This document shows, piece by piece, positions 57,959 through 64,000 of a stretch of DNA of 64,000 bases. This stretch comes from an uncultured bacterium. GTDB lineage: Bacteria; Hydrothermota; UBA3073; NMUJ01; CBEVQO01. The notes beneath the pieces were generated by a model. The model had not been told where the DNA came from. It worked only from the letters and a program-made list of their open reading frames with translations, and did no database searches. Where the stretch lies: NCBI GenBank assembly GCA_965552055.1, contig CBEVQO010000004.1, positions 160,001-224,000 on the forward strand, read 5' to 3'. The stretch's first letter is position 1. Every line of letters begins with the position of its first letter. The position numbers and the translations under genes were made by a program.

Positions 57959-58893
57959 ACATAGTTAATCTCAATCAGAAAGAACTTTTGAGAAAATGTC
58001 TCAAATCACTTGAAAAGAATTGCAAAGGGATGGATTATGAAGTATATGTGGTGGATAATGGCTCTGATGATGGAAGTCAGGAGATGATAAAAAATGAATT
58101 TAAGAAAGTAAAGTTAATTGAAAACAATGAAAATATAGGTGTGAGCAAAGCAAGAAATAAGTCCTTAAGATTATCTGCCGGAAATTTTATTCTTTTGATG
58201 GATAATGATGTAGAGTTGCTTAACGATTCTTTAAAATTGATGCTGGATACTTTAAAAGGGGATGAGCGTGCAGGAGCAGTAACCTGTCAGATTTTGAATC
58301 CAGATAAAACGATAAGACCTTCCCACAATGACCGCTTTCCGAATTATTTTGATGTATTTTTTGACATGCTCTTCTTCTGGTCGAATATAAAAAGTTTCTT
58401 CTGGAAATCAAAATTGTTTATGAAATACCTTTTCCCTTTGCTATTCAGATGTTATTTTAAAAAACATTATATAGCATGGACGGGTAATATGTGTTTATTG
58501 ATTAAAAGAGAGATTCTGGAAAAAATAGGTTTAATGGATGAGAATTTTTTCATCTATGGGGATGATATTGATTTTTGTATGAGAATTAAAAAAGCAGGTT
58601 ATAAAATTTTGTTTTTGCCTTCGGCACAGGCTATACATCATATTGGAAAAGTTGTTTTAGAAAGGAAAGACCTTTATCCTGAAATCATAAAATCTAAAAT
58701 TTATTTTTTCAAAAAGCATTACAGGAAAAGTATTGCAAAAGCAGTTGAAAAAACAATTTTTTATGGGATAATGTTGCGTAAATTTATCTTAAGTTTTCTT
58801 TTCAAGGTAAGGAGGGATGAGCGATGTCAGAAGAGGTTAAAGTCGTATTGTACGCTGATAGCACTGGCAAAATCAAAGGCGGTGGTCAACTGA
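57943..58893 (+). CDS. Glycosyltransferase family 2
   Basis: VVDNGSDD, DND and YGDDIDFC. Confidence 0.9.
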   Translation: MEISVNIVNLNQKELLRKCLKSLEKNCKGMDYEVYVVDNGSDDGSQEMIKNEFKKVKLIENNENIGVSKARNKSLRLSAGNFILLMDNDVELLNDSLKLMLDTLKGDERAGAVTCQILNPDKTIRPSHNDRFPNYFDVFFDMLFFWSNIKSFFWKSKLFMKYLFPLLFRCYFKKHYIAWTGNMCLLIKREILEKIGLMDENFFIYGDDIDFCMRIKKAGYKILFLPSAQAIHHIGKVVLERKDLYPEIIKSKIYFFKKHYRKSIAKAVEKTIFYGIMLRKFILSFLFKVRRDERCQKRLKSYCTLIALAKSKAVVN

Positions 58894-59930
58894 GTTTATA
58901 CCATCTTATAAAAAGATTAAATAGAAAAAAATTTGAGCCACAGGTAATTTTACCAGAAAAAGGAGAATTTTATGAAATGTTAAAAGAACTTGGTATAAAG
59001 ATACATCTTGTAAAAATGCGGGAAATAAGAAAAGGTAATATTGCGGATATTATGAAGACTTCTTTTGATATAGCGAAGATAATAAAGAAAGAAAAGGTTT
59101 CTTTAATTCATGTAAACAGTTCTCGTTCAGCGATTTACTGCGGGATTGCAGCTAAAATCACAAGGATACCTTTAATAACACATATAAGAGTGATTCAGAG
59201 AGAGCCTCTCTATGACTGGGTTATCGCTTTTTTATCCACAAAAATAATAGCAATTTCAAAAGCAGTAAGAAAAAGATTTGATTACCTATCGGATAAAAAA
59301 GTTAAAATAATTTATAATGGCATTGATGTAAATGAGTTTAAACCAGGAGGTGAGAAAAAGTTAAAAAGAGAATTAAATTTGAAAGATGAATTTTTACTTG
59401 CTTCGGTAGGGAATCTAAATCCCTATAAAGGGCATGATTATGTAATAATGGCGTTTAAAGAAGTAAAGGCTAAGATAAAGAAAGTAAAGTTAGTAATATG
59501 TGGTGAAGGTGAACAAAAATCATATTTTATGAGATTATCAAAAAGGTTAGGATTATCTCAAGATGTCATATTTCTCGGGAGAAGACAGGATATTGTTGAT
59601 GTAATGGATTCTATTGATGTTTTTTTGATTTCTTCTTTTTCTGAGCCTTTTGGCAGGGTAATTTGTGAGGCGATGGCATGCGAAAAGCCAGTGGTAGGTG
59701 TTAAAGCAGGAGCAATTCCAGAAATAGTCGAAGACGGTAAAACCGGTATTTTATGTAAACCAAAAGATATAAAAGAGTTTGCAGAGGCTATAATAAGACT
59801 TTTGAAAGACGAAAAATTGAGAAAAGAGATGGGAAAAAGGGGCAGAGAAAGGGTTGAAAAATTTTTTACAATCGAGCGAAATGTAAGAGAGATTGAGAAC
59901 TTATATGATGAAATCTTAAAATGTTGTTAA
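58824..59930 (+). CDS. Glycosyltransferase family 4
   Basis: IYNGID, KGH and EPFGRVICEAMAC. Confidence 0.92.
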   Translation: MSEEVKVVLYADSTGKIKGGGQLSLYHLIKRLNRKKFEPQVILPEKGEFYEMLKELGIKIHLVKMREIRKGNIADIMKTSFDIAKIIKKEKVSLIHVNSSRSAIYCGIAAKITRIPLITHIRVIQREPLYDWVIAFLSTKIIAISKAVRKRFDYLSDKKVKIIYNGIDVNEFKPGGEKKLKRELNLKDEFLLASVGNLNPYKGHDYVIMAFKEVKAKIKKVKLVICGEGEQKSYFMRLSKRLGLSQDVIFLGRRQDIVDVMDSIDVFLISSFSEPFGRVICEAMACEKPVVGVKAGAIPEIVEDGKTGILCKPKDIKEFAEAIIRLLKDEKLRKEMGKRGRERVEKFFTIERNVREIENLYDEILKCC

Positions 59931-61171
59931 TTCTTGGTGGAGGATTAACGGGGTTAAGTACAGGTTATCATTTGAAAAAGAAAGGATTCGAAGATTTTTT
60001 AATAATTGAAAAAGAAGAAAAACCGGGTGGACTTTGTAAGTCCTATTTTAAAGATGGATTTACTTATGACTACGGAGGGCATTATTTACATTTTCGAACC
60101 GAATATGCGGAAAATCTTGTAAAAAATTTGTTGAAAAATAATTTGAAAAAACACGAAAGAAAATCCGTGATATATATAGATGGGAAGTTTATACCTTATC
60201 CCTTTCAACGAAATTTAAGAGGATTATCTTTTAAAAAAATATCAGAATGTCTATTTGGCTTAATTTTTGCCAGATTACAGAGGAAAAAAGCTTTGAATTT
60301 TAAAGACTGGATAATCCAAAATTATGGCTATGGGATGGCGAAATATTTTTTTATCCCGTATAATGAGAAGCTGTGGGGTGAACTCACTGAAATAACAACA
60401 GAATGGACAAAAAGATTTGTACCCGATACTTCTTTTTTAAAAATTTTAAAAAGTTTAGTGAAACCCGATTTAAAAGCAGGATATAATCCTGAATTTTATT
60501 ATCCCGAAAGGGGAGGGATACAGGTATTGACTGATAAAATTTTTGAATACATAAAAGACAAAGTGAAGCTTAAAGAAAAAGTGGTAGAAATTGATATTGC
60601 CAAAAAGGAAGTGAGAACAAATAAAGGAATATATACTTACGAAAAATTGTTGAATACGATTCCTTTACCCGAATTTTTAAGGATTTTGAAAAATGTTCCT
60701 TTTCAATTTAAAGAAATAGGTGGAAAGTTGAAATGTGTAAGCGTTTATGTTTATTGTATAGGTTATAGGGGAAAAACGCCACCTTATCACTGGATATATG
60801 TACCGCAAAAGGAATTTAAATTTTACAGGGTGGGATTACACAGTAACATTTCTGCGAATCTTTCGCCCGAAAATTGGCAGGCTATCACATGTGAATCGAG
60901 AGAAAATTTGAAATTTGACGAAATTATAGAAGGACTCAGAAAAATGAGGGTTATAGGAGAAGGAGAAACAAAAGATAACGGCAAGCTTTTTATAAAATAT
61001 GCATATGTTATATATGATGAGTATCGCAGGTATTTATCTTTTGTTTTTTCTTTTTTAGAGAGTAAAGATGTCTTTTGTGGTGGACGCTTTGGTAGATGGG
61101 AATATTCAACGATGGAAGATTCTTTAATCTTTGGTAAAAATTTTTCGGAATTTTACTTGAGAAATCCATAG
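59921..61171 (+). CDS. FAD-dependent oxidoreductase (UDP-galactopyranose mutase/HemY-like)
   Basis: GGGLTG, GGLCKS, DYGGH, YNEKLWG, FYYP..GG and GRFGRWEY. Confidence 0.82.
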   Translation: MLLILGGGLTGLSTGYHLKKKGFEDFLIIEKEEKPGGLCKSYFKDGFTYDYGGHYLHFRTEYAENLVKNLLKNNLKKHERKSVIYIDGKFIPYPFQRNLRGLSFKKISECLFGLIFARLQRKKALNFKDWIIQNYGYGMAKYFFIPYNEKLWGELTEITTEWTKRFVPDTSFLKILKSLVKPDLKAGYNPEFYYPERGGIQVLTDKIFEYIKDKVKLKEKVVEIDIAKKEVRTNKGIYTYEKLLNTIPLPEFLRILKNVPFQFKEIGGKLKCVSVYVYCIGYRGKTPPYHWIYVPQKEFKFYRVGLHSNISANLSPENWQAITCESRENLKFDEIIEGLRKMRVIGEGETKDNGKLFIKYAYVIYDEYRRYLSFVFSFLESKDVFCGGRFGRWEYSTMEDSLIFGKNFSEFYLRNP

Positions 61172-61192
61172 TTAAATTTTGCATTAAAAAGC

Positions 61193-61219
61193 TTGACAGA
61201 CTTTTATTTTGATTATAAT
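61193..61219 (+). promoter_or_regulatory. sigma70-like promoter TTGACA-N15-TATAAT
   Basis: Perfect boxes; ATG ATG at 61223/61226. Confidence 0.7.
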
Positions 61220-61296
61220 AGGATGATGAGGGAGTTTTTAATTTGGGTTAATGTAATTAGGGAGAGGGGGACACATTTTAAAAGCATAAGAGATTT

Positions 61297-61321
61297 TATC
61301 CTATCCTATCCTATCCTATCC
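61297..61321 (+). repeat. Simple sequence repeat (TATCC)5
   Basis: Five exact pentamer copies inside a short ORF at 61223-61333. Confidence 0.92.
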
Positions 61322-61479
61322 TTGGTACTTTAGTGAAGGCGTTCCCTAGAGGCGTAAATTCATTTAGTGAGCCCCGACCCCTTTAGGGGATAGGGGACGG
61401 GCGCCATCCCGACCCGAATGGGGCAGGGCAGGTGAATGGGGTTTGTTCTTTGAGAGGTTAAAATTTTTAAAAGGAGGGT

Positions 61480-62061
61480 ATGATGTTAAGGAAGATAAGT
61501 CTTTTGGCAATTATCATAGTTTTTCCTTTGTTTGGAGAAGTAACTACGGAAATGACTACAATAGAAGTGAAAACAGACGAAGATTGGAAAGCTATAATTC
61601 AGCAACATCCTGAATGGGTGGCGCTTAAGAACCCCGGTAAAGTTTATTTTGTAGAAATCATATTAAAAAATATTGATAAACTTGCGTTTGATTCAGAAGG
61701 TCACCGTAGAGCTTATTTAAATAAACTTAAAGCAGTTATAGCTACAGCTAAAACTCAAAATTGGCAAGGAGTAATTCAAAAGATTGAGAACGATCTTATA
61801 CCACATGCAAAATCTTGGTTAACAAAAGAAAATCATATAATTGCAGTAGAACTTTTACTTAAATTACAAAAGTTAACTTACGAAAAGCGGGCTACTACTT
61901 TATATGTTTGTGAAAGTTGTATAGAAGAGCTCTTTTCAAGAATGCTTGAAGAAGAACTTACGTGTAAAATAAAAATAAAGTTTTATTTCAAATGCAAATG
62001 GACTCAGAAAGGCGGTCTTAGTTGCGAGGTAGGAATAACAATTGAATGGGAACGGAAGTGA
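61480..62061 (+). CDS. Secreted hypothetical protein with Cys-containing cationic beta-strand C-terminus
   Basis: AAGGAGG RBS, classical signal peptide, helical middle region, CxxC, acidic linker and tail CKIKIKFYFKCKWTQKGGLSCEVGITIEWERK. Confidence 0.8.
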   Translation: MMLRKISLLAIIIVFPLFGEVTTEMTTIEVKTDEDWKAIIQQHPEWVALKNPGKVYFVEIILKNIDKLAFDSEGHRRAYLNKLKAVIATAKTQNWQGVIQKIENDLIPHAKSWLTKENHIIAVELLLKLQKLTYEKRATTLYVCESCIEELFSRMLEEELTCKIKIKFYFKCKWTQKGGLSCEVGITIEWERK

Positions 62062-62067
62062 AAAGCC

Positions 62068-63615
62068 ATGCAACATATTTTTATTAAATGCGCGGTTGGA
62101 TGTTTAGTTATCCTCTCCGGGTGCTATTATTCTCTGGCTAAAAAAGAAGTAGGATGTGCATGTACTTTAGGTGTTGGAGGAGGAAATCTACAGGTAATAA
62201 GTAAAAGTGGACGAGTTTTATCATACCAGAATATTAAAGTATTCTTTAAAGATGCTGATCAAGAAGATAAAGCAAAAGAAGCATTGGAGTTGCTTAAATG
62301 TGGTAAAAAAACTATAGAAGAAATTACAGGATTAAAAACAATACCTATAAATGTAAAAATAATTAAAAAGGGGAGCTTTATTGGGAAAGGAGATATCTGG
62401 GGTGTTTCGATTAAAACAGATGAAACATTTAAAAGTGATTTAGCTACTGTGATTCACGAGATAACAGAACAGACGATTAGAAGAGAGCAAATTAAGGGCA
62501 GGTTTGTTTTTGATGGGATAGCTGAGTATGTAAGGTTAATATTCCAAGAGAAGTACTTACCAACACTTTTTTATAAAGAAAATACAGCGTTTTATTTTTT
62601 ATTTTATCCTCTTGATAGAGAAAAAAGATTTGATATATGTAAATGGAAGGCGGTTTCTCCTATACTGCTCTTCAAGATGATTTTCTTACCGGGTAAAATG
62701 AAGGAAAAAGTAGCAATTAGTCAAGTAATTTATTATTGGATTTCAGCGTATTTTTGGGCCAAAATGGTTGACAAATCAGGCAAAACAGATTTAATTCGTG
62801 CTTTTATTGCTAAAGTGTTAAGCTTACCTCCAAAACATCGAAAAATTGAGTCAGAAATTAAAATACTGGAAGAGCTTACAGGATTGGAAGTTCGAAAAGA
62901 GATGGTAATTTCTGTAAATGAAATGATAGAAAATTTACCTAAATATTTTTTATTTTTTAAAATACCCAAGAATATGGTACCTATAAAAATAGAAGACGAA
63001 AAATATATTTTCATAGATAAGTATGAAGTTACAAATGAAGAATTTGTAAAATTTCTTAACGAATGTGGCAATCAAATAGAAGGGGGGAAGCCATGGTTAT
63101 GCGAAGAGTGTAATAGGGAAATAGAAAAAATAGGGAAGAGATATAAGGTTAAACCAGGGTACGAAAATTACCCCGTGAGATTTGTTACATGGTACGGAGC
63201 AAATGCTTATGCTAAGTGGGTTGGGAAGCGTTTACCTACAAAGGAAGAATGGATAAAGGCTGCTGTTGGAGATAAATATAAGAGATATCCATGGGGTAAT
63301 AAATGGCAAAAAAATTATTGTAATTGGGGTGAATACGGTAAATATGACAAGTATAAGGAGACATCTCCGGTAAATAGTTTCGAAAAAGGTAAGTCAGAAT
63401 ATGGATGCTATAATTTAGTGGGAAATGTAGCAGAGTGGGTTCAACCTTTTGAAGGAAATTACTTATATTTAGGTGGTTCATATATGGATGATAAAAATTT
63501 CGTAAATGTTTATTCTTTCGGAAAAGGCACTCCTAATAGCAGCTATTCATATGTAGGATTTAGATGTGCAAAAGACTTCCCAACAATTAACGAGTTGCGT
63601 GAATTACATAAATGA
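62068..63615 (+). CDS. Putative lipoprotein: gluzincin-like domain + FGE-sulfatase (SUMF1/CLec) domain
   Basis: Lipobox LSGC; IHEITEQ...DGIAEY; YEVTNEEF, YPV, RLPTKEEW, YPWG, GNVAEW and GFRCAK. Confidence 0.82.
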   Translation: MQHIFIKCAVGCLVILSGCYYSLAKKEVGCACTLGVGGGNLQVISKSGRVLSYQNIKVFFKDADQEDKAKEALELLKCGKKTIEEITGLKTIPINVKIIKKGSFIGKGDIWGVSIKTDETFKSDLATVIHEITEQTIRREQIKGRFVFDGIAEYVRLIFQEKYLPTLFYKENTAFYFLFYPLDREKRFDICKWKAVSPILLFKMIFLPGKMKEKVAISQVIYYWISAYFWAKMVDKSGKTDLIRAFIAKVLSLPPKHRKIESEIKILEELTGLEVRKEMVISVNEMIENLPKYFLFFKIPKNMVPIKIEDEKYIFIDKYEVTNEEFVKFLNECGNQIEGGKPWLCEECNREIEKIGKRYKVKPGYENYPVRFVTWYGANAYAKWVGKRLPTKEEWIKAAVGDKYKRYPWGNKWQKNYCNWGEYGKYDKYKETSPVNSFEKGKSEYGCYNLVGNVAEWVQPFEGNYLYLGGSYMDDKNFVNVYSFGKGTPNSSYSYVGFRCAKDFPTINELRELHK

Positions 63616-63629
63616 ATAATAAAATGTGA

Positions 63630-64000
63630 GTGAAAGTGAATGATATTTGGCTGCTATTTCTTATTATCTACAATAACTTTAAATTCTCCTCACACTCTGA
63701 TTTTACAAATACTATATTTTCTTATGATGAAAAAGCTTCTACTATAAATGAATTGAGAAATAAATTTGATGCGATATTAAGATACGATTTTAAAAATATT
63801 TCATTGCAAACTAAATTATTTGCTGAATTCAAATATGATTTTGATACGCTTATTAATTATAAAATTCCATTTGATTTAATCTTTTGCTATATGCCAAACA
63901 AGAATTATTCTATTGGATTGGATTCACGATTCTATAAGTCTTCGAATGATTCACTAATTAAAATTTATTGGATAAATATGAAATATCGGTACAAAGATAA
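63630..64000 (+). CDS. Hypothetical protein, possible outer-membrane beta-barrel, 3' partial
   Basis: Frame not in the ORF track; open from GTG at 63630 to the window end (MKVNDIWLLFLIIY...DAILRYDF...FAEFKYDF...YSIGLDSRFY), aromatic-rich with alternating strands. Confidence 0.6.
   Translation, partial: MKVNDIWLLFLIIYNNFKFSSHSDFTNTIFSYDEKASTINELRNKFDAILRYDFKNISLQTKLFAEFKYDFDTLINYKIPFDLIFCYMPNKNYSIGLDSRFYKSSNDSLIKIYWINMKYRYKD

Noticed and set aside
63400..63615. DGR variable region in the FGE/CLec C-terminus
   Set aside because: No template-repeat copy or reverse transcriptase in the window; a remote DGR cannot be excluded without the rest of the genome.
54858..64000. Prophage or genomic island integrated at tRNA-Leu
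   Set aside because: No integrase, no duplicated tRNA 3' end seen and no phage genes in the window.
1..64000. CRISPR array, rRNA, known riboswitch, or stop-codon recoding/selenoprotein
   Set aside because: No repeat-spacer array or rRNA. The GC-rich intergenic elements lack the cores of the riboswitches I checked by eye (TPP, c-di-AMP, c-di-GMP). Conserved genes end at expected positions with TAA, TGA or TAG.

Overview
A 64-kb, AT-rich, gene-dense bacterial chromosome segment with standard genetic code and many overlapping stop/start codons. Gene content (PorU/PorV-like T9SS parts, secreted CTD proteins, HypE, Buk/Ptb, TldD/E) suggests an anaerobic diderm related to the FCB group, possibly WOR-3-like (inference only). 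Housekeeping genes (purC, nadE, alaS, tadA, rpsA, kbl, hypE, buk, ptb, cobB, tRNA-Leu) are mixed with glycosylation genes, a cation:proton antiporter cluster and small accessory inserts. I found no CRISPR array, rRNA, integrase or transposase. All calls are by eye from motifs, without database searches. Main observations: (1) most sigma70-like promoters read TTGAC(A/T/G)-N15-TAnnnT, a 15-nt rather than 17-nt spacer, and many appear to drive leaderless mRNAs; (2) an HTH-DNA methyltransferase plus unknown-gene cassette flanked by an exact 23-bp direct repeat; (3) a single-chain HTH-STAS-RsbW-like regulator; (4) ultra-short signal peptides lacking a basic n-region; (5) a right-end locus with a (TATCC)5 leader ORF, a structured leader, a secreted protein with a Cys-containing cationic beta-strand tail, a gluzincin-like/FGE-sulfatase fusion and a probable beta-barrel, which may be an undescribed secreted-peptide system.
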